A stretch of 64,000 nucleotides of DNA from Allosphingosinicella sp. (GCA_035628835.1 DASPJA010000022.1:8894-72893), one strand, 5' to 3'. Numbered from the stretch's first letter, positions 37,659 to 48,083 are shown. Numbers and translations are program-made. The notes: generated by a model from the letters alone, not told the origin.

Positions 37659-37683
37659 AACTTCACGGAAGAAGACCGGTTCC
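37659..37683 (-). promoter_or_regulatory. EcfG-type (general stress) ECF promoter for the SDR gene
   Basis: GGAAC-N17-GTT, about 30 nt upstream of ATG. Confidence 0.65.
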
Positions 37684-37793
37684 TGCTCTCCGCGCTCTTC
37701 GCGGAAGGCGGAAGCGACGGCGGCGATGCACGCCATTTTGGGGAACCGGATCGCCGCGGCATCGTCTATGCGCGTTCCACCTGAAGGACCGAA

Positions 37794-39020
37794 ATGCTGC
37801 AGCCGCCCCGCCCCGACCTTGCCGACGCACGCCCCGGTTTCCGCGAGTTCGTGGTGCTGATCGCCGGGCTGATGTCGCTGAACGCCCTCGCCATCGACGC
37901 GATGGTGCCGGCCCTGCCGGCGATCGGCGAGGCGCTGAACGTGGCCGACGAGAACAGCCGCCAGCTCGTCGTGTCGCTCTATGTGCTCGGCTTCGGCCTC
38001 ACCCAGATCGTCTACGGGCCGCTGTCGGACCGGTTCGGGCGCAAGCCGGTGCTGGTCGTCAGCCTGGTCCTCTATGTCGGCTTCGCGCTCGCCTGCTGGG
38101 CGGCGTCGAGCTTCGCGCTGCTGCTGGCGGCGCGCATGGCCCAGGGCGGAGCCGCCGCGTCGACCCGGGTGCTGGTCGTCTCGATCGTCCGCGACCGCTT
38201 CGAGGGCGCCCGGATGGCGCGGATCATGTCGCTGGCCTTCCTCGTCTTCCTGCTCATCCCGATGCTTGCGCCGGTCTTCGGCCAGCTCACCCTTCTGGTC
38301 GCCTCGTGGCGGGCGATCTTCTTCGGGCTGGCGCTCGGCGGCTCGATCATGCTGCTGTGGACGTTGATCCGGCTGCCCGAGACGCTCGATCCCAAATATC
38401 GGCGGCCGCTCAACCCGAGGACGATCTGGGACGGGACCTGGCAGACTTTGAGCAACCGCCAGTCGCTCGGCTACACACTGGCCTTCACGCTGATGATGGC
38501 CAGCCTGATGGGCTATATCAACTCGATCCAGCAGATCGTCTTCGACGTCTTCCGCCGTCCCGAGCTGATCGCCGCCACCTTCGCCGGGGTTGCCTTGCCG
38601 ATGGCCTTCACCTCCTGGCTGAACTCTCGCATCGTCGAGCGGATCGGCACCCGCCGGGTCGCCCATAGCGGGCTCGCCCTGTTCACGCTCGCCGCGCTCG
38701 CCCACCTCGCCATCGTCCTCACGAGTGGCGAGAGCCTGTGGCTGTTCATCGCCATGCAGGGCCTGACCATGGCCTGCTTCGGACTCGCCTCGGCCAATTT
38801 CGGGGCTCTGGCGATGCAGCCTCTCGGCCATGTCGCCGGCACCGCCTCGTCCGTGCAGGGCACGATCGGAACGATCGGCGGCGCCCTGCTCGGCCTCGCC
38901 GTCGGCCAGAGCTTCAACAACACCCTCGTCCCCATGGTCGGCAGCTTCGCGGCGTTCGGGGCGACCGCCCTGCTCATCCTGCTGGCGACGGAGCGGGGGC
39001 GGCTGTTCGGGCGAGGGTGA
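37794..39020 (+). CDS. Bcr/CflA family MFS efflux transporter
   Basis: ALAIDAMVPALP, GPLSDRFGRKPV, about 12 TM segments. Confidence 0.9.
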   Translation: MLQPPRPDLADARPGFREFVVLIAGLMSLNALAIDAMVPALPAIGEALNVADENSRQLVVSLYVLGFGLTQIVYGPLSDRFGRKPVLVVSLVLYVGFALACWAASSFALLLAARMAQGGAAASTRVLVVSIVRDRFEGARMARIMSLAFLVFLLIPMLAPVFGQLTLLVASWRAIFFGLALGGSIMLLWTLIRLPETLDPKYRRPLNPRTIWDGTWQTLSNRQSLGYTLAFTLMMASLMGYINSIQQIVFDVFRRPELIAATFAGVALPMAFTSWLNSRIVERIGTRRVAHSGLALFTLAALAHLAIVLTSGESLWLFIAMQGLTMACFGLASANFGALAMQPLGHVAGTASSVQGTIGTIGGALLGLAVGQSFNNTLVPMVGSFAAFGATALLILLATERGRLFGRG

Positions 39021-39047
39021 TCCTCCCCATCGTCAGATGGGGAGGAT
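39020..39047. repeat. Family E single hairpin (probable terminator role)
   Basis: atcctccccatc-gtca-gatggggaggat. Confidence 0.7.
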
Positions 39048-39109
39048 AAGCTGTGTCCGGATCCGGGCGAAGTTCATGAAGTTCACGATGTCCGCGAAAT
39101 GAGGTCGCG

Positions 39110-40174
39110 CTAGATATCGTCCTCCGCGCTCGGCCCCGTCATCAGCGCCTCGGCGACCTCGTCGGTGCGGCCGCGGATGGCGCGTTCGAGGCGGGCGGCG
39201 ACTTCCGGATTCTCCCGGAGATAGGTCTTGGCGTTCTCGCGCCCCTGGCCGATCCGGATCGAATCGTAGCTGAACCAGGCGCCCGACTTCTCGACCAGCC
39301 CGGCCTTGACTCCGAGATCGAGTATCTCGCCGACCTTGGAGATGCCCTCGCCGTACATGATGTCGAACTCGACCTGCTTGAACGGCGGCGCCACCTTGTT
39401 CTTCACGACCTTGACCCGCGTGGTGTTGCCGACGATGTCGTCGCGGTCCTTGATCTGGCCGGTGCGGCGGATGTCGAGGCGCACCGACGCGTAGAATTTG
39501 AGCGCGTTGCCGCCGGTCGTCGTCTCCGGATTGCCGTACATGACTCCGATCTTCATGCGCAGCTGGTTGATGAAGATGACCAGGCATTTGGACTTGGAGA
39601 TGGAGCCGGTCAGCTTGCGCAGCGACTGCGACATGAGACGCGCCTGGAGGCCGACATGGCTGTCGCCCATCTCGCCCTCGATCTCCGCGCGGGGGACCAG
39701 GGCGGCGACCGAATCGACGACCAGAACGTCGACGGCGTTGGAGCGCACGAGGGTGTCGGTGATCTCGAGCGCCTGCTCGCCGGTGTCGGGTTGGGAGACG
39801 ATCAGCTCGTCGACGTCCACCCCGAGCTTCCTGGCGTAGACGGGATCGAGGGCGTGCTCGGCGTCGACGAAGGCGGCGGTGCCGCCATTCTTCTGGGCCT
39901 CGGCGATGACGTGGAGGGCGAGCGTGGTCTTGCCGGAGCTTTCCGGTCCGTACACCTCGATCACCCGCCCGCGCGGAAGGCCGCCGATGCCGAGCGCGAT
40001 GTCGAGCCCGAGCGAGCCGGTGGAGATGGTCTCGATCTCGACCGCCTCGCGCGATCCCAGTTTCATCGCGCTGCCCTTGCCGAAGGCGCGATCGATCTGC
40101 GCCAAAGCGGCCTCGAGGGCCTTCTGCCTGTCCATATTGTCCGAGTTTCCCACCACCTTGAGTGAAGCCGCCAT
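39110..40174 (-). CDS. recA: Recombinase A
   Basis: [29 protein letters not shown]. Confidence 0.99.
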   Translation of the reverse strand: MAASLKVVGNSDNMDRQKALEAALAQIDRAFGKGSAMKLGSREAVEIETISTGSLGLDIALGIGGLPRGRVIEVYGPESSGKTTLALHVIAEAQKNGGTAAFVDAEHALDPVYARKLGVDVDELIVSQPDTGEQALEITDTLVRSNAVDVLVVDSVAALVPRAEIEGEMGDSHVGLQARLMSQSLRKLTGSISKSKCLVIFINQLRMKIGVMYGNPETTTGGNALKFYASVRLDIRRTGQIKDRDDIVGNTTRVKVVKNKVAPPFKQVEFDIMYGEGISKVGEILDLGVKAGLVEKSGAWFSYDSIRIGQGRENAKTYLRENPEVAARLERAIRGRTDEVAEALMTGPSAEDDI

Positions 40175-40227
40175 GGCCCGCATCCCCTATTGCCTCTGCG
40201 CCGCCCATTCAACGCGATTGTGCGGAT

Positions 40228-40262
40228 GTACGCGATCCGTTCCATGAGAACAAGAGGAAAAC
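40228..40262 (-). promoter_or_regulatory. Tandem LexA boxes upstream of recA
   Basis: GTAC-N7-GTTC 40228-40242 and GAAC-N7-AAAC 40248-40262. Confidence 0.75.
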
Positions 40263-40398
40263 GCCTATCCATCCTACGCCGCCCCCAGCGACATCCAAAA
40301 ACCGCATCGCGAAGGGCGGGCTTCGGGGAACTCATCCGCCCTTGTCCGCCCCCGCCTTTGCTGGCAACCCTCGCTTCCCTCGGGAAGAGAGAGCGTCG

Positions 40399-41706
40399 AT
40401 GCCCGTCCTGCCAAGATCCTTTCGCACCTTCCTCGCGGCGCTGGCGGCGCTTGCCGGACTCGCCGTTCCGGCCGGGGCCGGGGCGCCGGCGAAGCCTCCG
40501 GAGGACCCCGCCACGGCCATGTTCGAGCGATGCCGCTCGGCCGACCTGGCGAAGGAGCGTGACTGCTATGCCGCCGCTCTCGACGAGCGTCTGGCACAAG
40601 GCGGCCCGGCGCCGGTGCTCAAGCTGCTCGACCGCCTCGCCGCGCTCGACCCCGACGTCCGGCGCGACGGGCATTTCTACGCGCACCGGATCGGCATCTC
40701 CGCGCTCAAATCTCCAGCCGACGTGGGCGCCGTCTTCGCGACCTGCACTCCCGCCTGGCAGTCGGGCTGCTATCACGGCGTCATCCAGTCCTACTTCATC
40801 GCTACCGCCCGGGACGGCGGCGGAGTCACGACCGAGAGCGTCGACGCTCTGTGCGGCGACTTTCGCGGGAAGCGGGCGGACCTGCTCTTCCAGTGCACCC
40901 ACGGTCTCGGCCACGGCCTCGCCATCCTCCACGGCCACGACCTTCCGCTGGCGCTGAGTTCCTGCGACCTGCTCAGCCGCGAGCCGGAACGGGAGATGTG
41001 CTACGCCGGAGCGTTCATGGAGAGCCTGGTCAACGCGACCCATCCGCACAGCGTCGCCGCCGCCCCCGCCGGAGCGGCTCCCGGGCCGGGCAAGGCCGGC
41101 GCGGCGGCGGCCCATGCCGGGCACGGCGCGGCCGGGCACGGTCCGGCGAGCGCCGAAGCGGCGCCGGCCAGGCCGCGGTTCCAGGCGCTCGATCCGGCCG
41201 ACCTCCATTATCCCTGCTCGCGGATGGAGGAGAAATATCTGGTCGCCTGCTACACGATCCAGACCTCGGCGATGCTTCACCACAGCGGGCGAGACGTCGG
41301 CCGGGCGGCGAGCGAATGCGCGCGCGCTCCCGAGAAGGCGCGGGCCGCCTGCTTCCTCAGCCTGGGGCGCGACGTCAGCACGATCGCCCTCAACGACAAT
41401 GAGGAGGCGGTTCGGCTGTGCGGGCTCGCGGAAGCGGCCTTCCGGCCGCTCTGCCATCGCGGGGTCGTCGAATCGATGGTGAACATGAACGCCGATCCGG
41501 CCGAGGGCATTCCCTATTGCCGGGCGGTGCCGGAGACGCAGGGCAAGCGCGCCTGCTACATCGCCGTCGGGCTGCAGGCACTCGTGCTTCCGGACGGGGA
41601 GACGAAGCGGGAGCAGGCGTGCCGCCTCGCCGAGGCGGAGCTGCTCGACGCCTGCCTGGGACGCCCCGCCGGCCCCAGGGTGGATGCCGGATCAGATCCG
41701 GCATGA
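40399..41706 (+). CDS. Secreted Cys/His-rich helical-repeat hypothetical protein
   Basis: Signal peptide; [31 protein letters not shown]; regularly spaced Cys. Confidence 0.8.
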   Translation: MPVLPRSFRTFLAALAALAGLAVPAGAGAPAKPPEDPATAMFERCRSADLAKERDCYAAALDERLAQGGPAPVLKLLDRLAALDPDVRRDGHFYAHRIGISALKSPADVGAVFATCTPAWQSGCYHGVIQSYFIATARDGGGVTTESVDALCGDFRGKRADLLFQCTHGLGHGLAILHGHDLPLALSSCDLLSREPEREMCYAGAFMESLVNATHPHSVAAAPAGAAPGPGKAGAAAAHAGHGAAGHGPASAEAAPARPRFQALDPADLHYPCSRMEEKYLVACYTIQTSAMLHHSGRDVGRAASECARAPEKARAACFLSLGRDVSTIALNDNEEAVRLCGLAEAAFRPLCHRGVVESMVNMNADPAEGIPYCRAVPETQGKRACYIAVGLQALVLPDGETKREQACRLAEAELLDACLGRPAGPRVDAGSDPA

Positions 41707-41708
41707 CG
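41681..41708. repeat. Family B half element containing the stop codon of the upstream gene
   Basis: tggatgccggatcagatccggcatgacg. Confidence 0.7.
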
Positions 41709-41758
41709 AGGAAGGGCTGACCCTTGCCGCCCGGCGGCGGCGCCTCTATCGCGCCGCA

Positions 41759-42679
41759 ATGCCCTTCCCGCACCGCCACCTGCTCGGGATCGATGCGCTT
41801 TCCGCCGACGACATAGTCTATCTGCTCGACGAGGCCGAGCCGTGGGTCGAGTTCAACCGCGGCGCCCGCAAGGCGGACCGGAGGCTGGCCGGCCTCACCC
41901 AGTTCAACCTGTTCTTCGAGAACAGCACCCGCACCCTCTTCTCGTTCGAGGTCGCCGGCAAGAGGCTCGGCGCCCAGGTGGCGAATTTCCATCCCGGCGG
42001 GTCGAGCGTCAGGAAAGGCGAGAGCCTGATCGACACCGCACTCACCCTCGGCGCGATGCGGCCCGACGTGATGATCGTCCGTCACGGCGAGACCGGAGCG
42101 CCGCGCCAGGTGGCCGAGGCGGTCGGCTGCCCGGTGATCAACGCCGGCGACGGCACCGGCGAGCACCCCACCCAGGCGCTGCTCGACGCGCTCACCATTC
42201 GCCGCCGCAAGGGCCGGATCGAGGGGCTCGAGGTGGCGATATGCGGCGACATAAGGCACAGCCGGGTGGCGGGTTCGAACCTCAGGCTGCTGCCTAAGCT
42301 GGGCGCGAAGGTGCGGCTGGTCGGCCCCCCGTCCCTTCTCCCCGAAGGCGGGCGCCTTCCCGCCTTCACCGATTTCGACGAGGGGATAAGGGGCGCCGAC
42401 GTCGTGATGATGCTGAGGATCCAGCGCGAGCGGATGGAGTCGAGCGTCGAGGGCGGCCTGGCCGATTTCCACGCCCTTTACGGACTGACGATGGAGCGGC
42501 TCGAGCGCTCGGCGCCGGAGGCGATCGTCATGCATCCGGGACCGATGAACCGCGGAGTCGAGATTGACGGCGAGGTCGCGGACCATCCGGCCCGCTCGGC
42601 GATCCTGGAGCAGGTCGAGCTGGGGGTGGCGGTGCGGATGGCCGTGCTCGATGTCCTGACGAGGGAGCGGCGGGCTTAG
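41759..42679 (+). CDS. pyrB: Aspartate carbamoyltransferase catalytic subunit
   Basis: [25 protein letters not shown]. Confidence 0.96.
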   Translation: MPFPHRHLLGIDALSADDIVYLLDEAEPWVEFNRGARKADRRLAGLTQFNLFFENSTRTLFSFEVAGKRLGAQVANFHPGGSSVRKGESLIDTALTLGAMRPDVMIVRHGETGAPRQVAEAVGCPVINAGDGTGEHPTQALLDALTIRRRKGRIEGLEVAICGDIRHSRVAGSNLRLLPKLGAKVRLVGPPSLLPEGGRLPAFTDFDEGIRGADVVMMLRIQRERMESSVEGGLADFHALYGLTMERLERSAPEAIVMHPGPMNRGVEIDGEVADHPARSAILEQVELGVAVRMAVLDVLTRERRA

Positions 42680-42797
42680 CTCCCCTCCCTTCGAGGGAGG
42701 GGCCGGGGGTGGGTCCGCCGAAGGCGGCCGAAACTCCCGGCTCGGTGGGCTCGCTTCGCTCGCACCCACCCCTGGCCCCTCCCTCCAGGGAGGGGAG
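42680..42797. repeat. Family A palindromic element, full copy
   Basis: Fills the gap between convergent stop codons; same arms and core as the other copies. Confidence 0.9.
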
Positions 42798-42801
42798 AAG
42801 C

Positions 42802-44265
42802 TCAGCCCTGGCGGCCGCTCCGATAGCGGCCGGCCCAGCGCACCGGGGCGTCGCCGGCGACGGTTCGGACGAAGCAGGCGCCGCCTTTGGCCTGGATCGA
42901 CCGGCAGGTCGACGCCGCCGCCGAGCGGCTGGCGAAGCCGGCCACCGACAGGCGGTGCAGGGTGCCGCGGCCGGGGATGCTGACCGTGGTGCTGAGCGGA
43001 GTAAGCTCGGCGAAGCCGAAGCGCTTCAGCATCTGCGCCCAGGCCCGCTCGACCGACGAAGGCGAGCTGTAGGCGCCGAGCTGGACGGCGAAGCGGCCGG
43101 GGCCGGCCTCCGCGGCACGGGCCGGACGGCTGCGCGGAGACTCGAAGCTCGGAACCGGCGCCGGGGCGACGGCCCTGGAGGCCGGAAGCACCGAAGGCTG
43201 CGGGGTGACGAGCGCCTGAACGGCCTCGGCATAAAGCGGCCGGGTCTGCTCGGCCGGAGGCGATTCGGCCTCGGCGGCCTCGGCGGCCTCGGCGGCGGCG
43301 CGTTCGCTCACCCATTGCGGCAAGGGACTGGAGGCGATCTGGACCGGCGCCGCCTCGGCGGGCTCGGGCGCGGGAGCGGCCTGGGCCAGCACCGGCGCCG
43401 GTTCGGGCGCGGGTTCGGCCTGGGCGAGCGCGGGCGCGGCGGCGGTCACCGTCTCCGCGGCCGGCTCGGGCAGCGGGCCGGCGGCCGCGAAAGCCTCGTC
43501 GGCGGGCCTGGCGGGCGCCAGAGCGAGGCGGACCGGCTGGCCGGCATCGTCGGACGACGGAGTGACTCCGAGCAGGGTCGCGACCTGGACGGCGGCGCCG
43601 CCGGGCTGGGCGAGCGCGGCCCATTGCTGGAGCCGGGTGCCGAGATCGGCGGGAGAGACGTCCTGGGCGGCGGTGACCCGGGCTTTCTCCCAGTCGCCGG
43701 CGAGGGCGTAGGACAAAGCGAGATTCTGGCGGGTGCGGCCGGTGGCGCCGGCAGCGCGGGCGGCCGGCTCGAGCAATTCGATCGCGCGGCGCGCCTCGCC
43801 GGCGAGCGCGTAGGCGAGGCCGATATCGGCCGGCGAGGCGGTCTCGGCGAGGCGATCGAGCTCGGCGACGGCGGCGGCCGGCCGGCCCAGGGCGATTCGC
43901 GCCAGGGCGATGCTGAACGAGGCCCGGGCATTGCCCGGATCGAGCTGCTGGACGTCGGCGAAAGTGGCTTCGGCCGACTGGAAGCGGCCGTTCTTGAGAT
44001 AGAGATCGGCGAGGATCATCCGGTAGCCGACGTCGCGCGGGCTGAGCTCGACCGCCCGCTCCGCATAACCCAGGCCTTCCTTGTAATCGCCCTTGCGGAC
44101 GGCGGCCTGAGCCTTGGTGTAGAGCGCGGCTGCCTGCTGCTCGGAACGGGGCGCCCTCGCCGAGGCCGAAGCGATATGCGAGGTGGCGGCGGGCCCGCAG
44201 GCGACCATGGTGGTGCCGATCGCCAGGCCCGAGACCGCGAACTTCAGTGCGACGCTCTTGTTCAT
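42802..44265 (-). CDS. TPR + SPOR domain lipoprotein
   Basis: MVAC lipobox, TPRs (RQNLALSYALAG), C-terminal AVQLGAYSS SPOR. Confidence 0.85.
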   Translation of the reverse strand: MNKSVALKFAVSGLAIGTTMVACGPAATSHIASASARAPRSEQQAAALYTKAQAAVRKGDYKEGLGYAERAVELSPRDVGYRMILADLYLKNGRFQSAEATFADVQQLDPGNARASFSIALARIALGRPAAAVAELDRLAETASPADIGLAYALAGEARRAIELLEPAARAAGATGRTRQNLALSYALAGDWEKARVTAAQDVSPADLGTRLQQWAALAQPGGAAVQVATLLGVTPSSDDAGQPVRLALAPARPADEAFAAAGPLPEPAAETVTAAAPALAQAEPAPEPAPVLAQAAPAPEPAEAAPVQIASSPLPQWVSERAAAEAAEAAEAESPPAEQTRPLYAEAVQALVTPQPSVLPASRAVAPAPVPSFESPRSRPARAAEAGPGRFAVQLGAYSSPSSVERAWAQMLKRFGFAELTPLSTTVSIPGRGTLHRLSVAGFASRSAAASTCRSIQAKGGACFVRTVAGDAPVRWAGRYRSGRQG

Positions 44266-44279
44266 CCTACCCACTCCGC

Positions 44280-44933
44280 TCAACGCTGATTCGCCTGCCC
44301 CGGCACGTGCCCGGCAAGGGCCTCCAGCTCGGGCAGGGAATCGAGGAAATCATCGAGAGCCCCGGTGACCAGCTGCTGCGCCGAGCGGCGAGTCAGGGCG
44401 CAGGCGAGGCGCAGTTTCAGGTGCCGCTCCGGATCGAGGCGAAGGGTGAAGGCGGCCTTGGCGCGGACCGCTCCGGCGGGCGAGCGGCCCGGCGACGCGG
44501 CGCGCGAGCGCGGCAGCTTGACCACACGCGCTTCCGGCGGCGGCGGGGCCTGCGGCTCCGGCTCGGGCCGGCGCTCGGCTTCGGGCTCCGGTCGGGCATC
44601 GGCCCGGGGCTCCGGCTCGGGCTCGGGCTCGGGCGGGGCGAGCCGCGCCTCGAGCTCGCGCCTTTGCTCGACCACCGCCGGCGGCTCGGCATGGGAACGG
44701 CCGCCGGGCGCCGGAGTGAGCGCCTCGATCGAGCTCGGCACATGCTCGGGCAAATCGTGCGCCTCGTTGATGTCGTGGAGCGCTCCGGGCGCATGGCCCA
44801 TGTCGTTCCAGCCCAGATCCTCGAGGCTGCTTCCGAAGCTGCCGAAGCCCTGCGGGCGCATGGCGGGCTTGGCCGCTCCCTTGCGGGCGAGGAGGCCTGA
44901 GGAGAGGGAAGCGAAGGGCTTGGTCTCGGCCAT
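44280..44933 (-). CDS. ParA partner protein (basic N-terminal tail, PE-rich linker, RHH-like C-terminus)
   Basis: LLARKGAAKPAMR; AFTLRLDPERHLKLRLA..SAQQLV..ALD. Confidence 0.75.
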   Translation of the reverse strand: MAETKPFASLSSGLLARKGAAKPAMRPQGFGSFGSSLEDLGWNDMGHAPGALHDINEAHDLPEHVPSSIEALTPAPGGRSHAEPPAVVEQRRELEARLAPPEPEPEPEPRADARPEPEAERRPEPEPQAPPPPEARVVKLPRSRAASPGRSPAGAVRAKAAFTLRLDPERHLKLRLACALTRRSAQQLVTGALDDFLDSLPELEALAGHVPGQANQR

Positions 44934-44945
44934 CTGTCCCTCCCC

Positions 44946-45668
44946 TTACTGGCCGACCACGCGCCGGCCGAAGCCGGCGGCGGGCCGCGCGCTGGAGGGA
45001 TGGGCGGCGAAACCGCCCTGGGGCGCCGAGAAGACGGTGCGGCGGAAATTCTTCTCCAGCCGGTCGGCGACATAGTCCCACAGCTCGACCACCTCCCTGG
45101 CGGACTTGCTGTTGGGATCGACCTCCATCACCGTGCGGCCGTCGATCATCGAGGCGGCGTAATCGGTGCGGTGGTGCAAGGTGACCGGGGCGACGGTGCC
45201 GTGCTGCGAGAGCGCGACGGCGGCCTCGTAGGTGATCCGCGCCTTGGGCGTGGCGGCGTTGACGACGAAGATGAGCGGCTTGCCGGCGCGCTCGCAAAGA
45301 TCGACGGTGGCGCCGACGGCGCGAAGGTCGTGCGGGCTCGGGCGGGTCGGGATCAGGATCAGCTCGGCGACCTGGATCACGCTCTGGATCGCCATGGTGA
45401 TGGCCGGAGGCGTGTCGATCACCGCGAGCTTGAAGCCCTGCTGGCGCAGTATCTCCAGGTCGGCGGCGAGCCGGGCGACCGTGGTCTGGGCGAAAGCGGG
45501 CATCTCGGCCTCGCGCTCGTTCCACCAGTCGGCGAGCGATCCCTGAGGATCGATATCGATCAGGCAGACCGGGCCTGCACCCGCCCTTTCCGCCTGGACG
45601 GCGAGATGGCCGGACAAGGTGGTCTTACCGGATCCCCCCTTCTGCGACGATAGTGCCAAAACGCGCAT
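44946..45668 (-). CDS. ParA/Soj family ATPase
   Basis: QKGGSGKTT, DIDPQGS, IDTPP. Confidence 0.92.
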   Translation of the reverse strand: MRVLALSSQKGGSGKTTLSGHLAVQAERAGAGPVCLIDIDPQGSLADWWNEREAEMPAFAQTTVARLAADLEILRQQGFKLAVIDTPPAITMAIQSVIQVAELILIPTRPSPHDLRAVGATVDLCERAGKPLIFVVNAATPKARITYEAAVALSQHGTVAPVTLHHRTDYAASMIDGRTVMEVDPNSKSAREVVELWDYVADRLEKNFRRTVFSAPQGGFAAHPSSARPAAGFGRRVVGQ

Positions 45669-45719
45669 GTTTTCCCCTCGGGCTCGCGATCCTTGGCCGC
45701 CGTCCTGCGCCCTGGTTGG

Positions 45720-45809
45720 CTAAAATCCGGTTAACGCCAAGGCGGCCCGGCGCCTTTTTGCGCAATCGGGCTCATCGCCGCGGCCGGGATTGTGCTAAGA
45801 GCGCGTTAA
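45720..45809. promoter_or_regulatory. Two CtrA-like sites in a divergent promoter region
   Basis: CTAA-N7-TTAA at 45720-45734 and 45795-45809. Confidence 0.6.
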
Positions 45810-45862
45810 GGATTTTCGGCTAGCTCCGACCCCTCGAAAACCCTTTCCCGCGCGGGAGATAG

Positions 45863-46804
45863 ATGATGCGAACTTTCGGTCGGCCCCTGCTCGCAGCCAC
45901 GGCGGCGGCGCTCTTCCTGCTTGGCGCCCAGGCCGGCGCCGGGGCCGTCTCGGCCGACGTCAAGGCCGGAGTCGACCGCTGGATGCGCGGCGATTATGCC
46001 GGAGCGGTCGCGCAATGGCGGCCGCTCGCCGAAGCCGGCAATGCCGACGCCCAGTTCAATCTCGGCCAGGCCTACAAGCTGGGCCGCGGCGTTCCGGTCA
46101 ACGCCGCCACGGCGCAGAGCTGGTACCAGAAAGCGGCGAGGCAGGGCCACGAGCAGGCGCAGGTCAATGTCGGCCTGCTGCTGTACAATGGCGGCCGCCG
46201 GCAGGAGGCCCTGCCCTGGATCCGCAAGGCCGCCGAGCTGGGCGATCCCCGCGCGCAATACATATTGGGAACCGAGCTGTTCAACGGCGACCTCGTCGGC
46301 AAGGACTGGCCGAGGGCCTATGCCCTGATGCTTCGCGCCGCCGACGGGGGCGTGCCGCCGGCCGCCGACAATCTCAAGGTGATGGAGCGCTTCATTCCGG
46401 CCGAGCAGCGCCAGCAGGGCGTCGCCCTGGCGCAGCGAATGGGCCAGGGCACGAAGACCAGCGTCTTCGCCTCGGCCCCGGTGGCCGTGCCGGCGGCCCG
46501 CCCGGCTCCGGTCAAGGCGGCCGCCCCGCCGCGCCAGGCGCCGGTCAAAGCCGCCGCCACGGCCGCGGCCGGCGGGCGCTGGCGGGTCCAGCTCGGCGCC
46601 TTCGGAAGCGCCGCCAACGCGCAGCGCGCCTGGGCCGGGCTGAGGGGCAAGGTCGGCGCCTTCGGCTCGCTCCAGCCCAATTATGTCGCGGCCGGGGCGG
46701 TCACCCGCCTCCAGGCCGGGCCGCTCGCCAGCCGGGCCGCGGCCGACCGAGTCTGCGCCGCGGCCAAGGCGGCCGGCGCGGCCTGCTTTCCGGTCGCGCC
46801 TTAA
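45863..46804 (+). CDS. Sel1-repeat + SPOR domain protein
   Basis: Signal peptide; AQFNLGQAYKLGRGV Sel1; WRVQLGAF SPOR. Confidence 0.88.
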   Translation: MMRTFGRPLLAATAAALFLLGAQAGAGAVSADVKAGVDRWMRGDYAGAVAQWRPLAEAGNADAQFNLGQAYKLGRGVPVNAATAQSWYQKAARQGHEQAQVNVGLLLYNGGRRQEALPWIRKAAELGDPRAQYILGTELFNGDLVGKDWPRAYALMLRAADGGVPPAADNLKVMERFIPAEQRQQGVALAQRMGQGTKTSVFASAPVAVPAARPAPVKAAAPPRQAPVKAAATAAAGGRWRVQLGAFGSAANAQRAWAGLRGKVGAFGSLQPNYVAAGAVTRLQAGPLASRAAADRVCAAAKAAGAACFPVAP

Positions 46805-46858
46805 CCGAATTTTCTTGCCTGCGCGGCTATGATCCTTCCCGTGACTGGGGGGACGGGA

Positions 46859-47173
46859 ATGGCGGCGGCCGGAAGGATCGGGAGCGGAAGCCGGATGGCG
46901 TCGCGGTGGCGGCGGCGGCGGATGTGCATCCTCATCGCCGGAGCGCCCGCGCCCGCCGCCCTGCGCACCATCTCGGCGAGCGGCGCCTTCCTCGAGACCA
47001 ACGCCAGGCCGGCCCTGGGCGATCCGGTCGAGCTTCGCCATCCCGAAGCCGGCGCGATCGGCGCCGTCGTGCGCTCGCTGGCTCCGGACGGAGTCGAGCT
47101 CGGCTTCCCGCTCGGCGAGGCCTCGGTCGCCTTCGCCCTCGCCGCCATCGCCGCCGACATGACGCGCCCGTAA
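46859..47173 (+). CDS. PilZ-like single-domain protein
   Basis: RxxxR (RMASR) and TISASGAF motifs; start uncertain. Confidence 0.6.
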   Translation: MAAAGRIGSGSRMASRWRRRRMCILIAGAPAPAALRTISASGAFLETNARPALGDPVELRHPEAGAIGAVVRSLAPDGVELGFPLGEASVAFALAAIAADMTRP

Positions 47174-47193
47174 TCGGTGCCTGGCACCAATTA
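47171..47193. repeat. Family F 23-bp palindrome (overlaps the PilZ gene stop)
   Basis: taatcggtgcc-t-ggcaccaatta. Confidence 0.85.
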
Positions 47194-47204
47194 AGACGGC
47201 GTTG

Positions 47205-48083
47205 TTACTGCTCCCATTCGCGGCTCGCCCAGCCCTGGGCGTAGAGGAGGGCGGTGAGGTCGTTGTGGAGGATGGCCGCGTCGGCCGCGGCCCTCGCGGC
47301 CGGCTTGGCGTGATAGGCGATTCCCAGCCCCGCTTCCTTCAGCATCGGAACGTCGTTGGCGCCGTCGCCGACGGCGAGCGATTCCCTCGGACGAAGGCCG
47401 AGCGCGGCGGCGGCGTCGAGCAGCGCCAGCCTCTTGCCCTCGGCGCCGAGCACCGGCGGCGCCACCGAGCCGTCGAGCCTTCCCGCGACGACATTCAGCC
47501 GGTTGGCCACCACGCGGTCGAAGCCAATGTCGGCGCCGACCGGATCGGCGAAGCGGGTGAAGCCGCCTGAGACGAGGATCGTCACCGCCCCTTCCCGCTT
47601 CATGGTCCGGACCAGCGCCCGGGCGCCGGGGGTGAGCCGGACCCGTTCGGCCCGGCACCGGTCGATCGCCGCCTCGTCGAGGCCGGCCAGCAAGGCGACC
47701 CGCTCGGCGAGCGCGGCCTCGAAGCCGATCTCGCCGCGCATCGCCCGCTCGGTCACCGCCGCCACCTCCGCCTTGAGGCCGGCATAATCGGCGAGCTCGT
47801 CGATGCATTCGACCGCGATCATGGTCGAATCCATGTCGGCGACGAGCAGCCGGCGGCGCCTCGCCGACTCGCCCTGGACGATCGCGTCGACTCCGTCGAT
47901 CAGCCCCTCCAGCGCCGCCCTGGCCGGCGCGGGCGCGGCCGAGAAGAGCAGGTCGCAGGCCTTGTCCTCCTCGATCCAGCTGCGGCCGTAGGAGGCGATG
48001 CCGGCGGCGGCGAGCGCGTCCTCGGCCGCCGAAATATCGCCGCCGGCCAGGCGTTCCTTTGCTATCAGGGTGGCGATGAACAT
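47205..48083 (-). CDS. serB: Phosphoserine phosphatase
   Basis: [26 protein letters not shown]. Confidence 0.93.
   Translation of the reverse strand: MFIATLIAKERLAGGDISAAEDALAAAGIASYGRSWIEEDKACDLLFSAAPAPARAALEGLIDGVDAIVQGESARRRRLLVADMDSTMIAVECIDELADYAGLKAEVAAVTERAMRGEIGFEAALAERVALLAGLDEAAIDRCRAERVRLTPGARALVRTMKREGAVTILVSGGFTRFADPVGADIGFDRVVANRLNVVAGRLDGSVAPPVLGAEGKRLALLDAAAALGLRPRESLAVGDGANDVPMLKEAGLGIAYHAKPAARAAADAAILHNDLTALLYAQGWASREWEQ

Noticed and set aside
25058-42797. Repeats as a CRISPR array
   Set aside because: Dispersed, no regular repeat-spacer period, no cas genes
44570-44640. Short tandem repeats ggctcg/ggctcc
   Set aside because: They encode a Pro-Glu linker in the ParA partner; low complexity
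44946-45668. ParA as evidence of an integrated plasmid or prophage
   Set aside because: No rep, integrase or att evidence; host-like composition and CtrA-like sites
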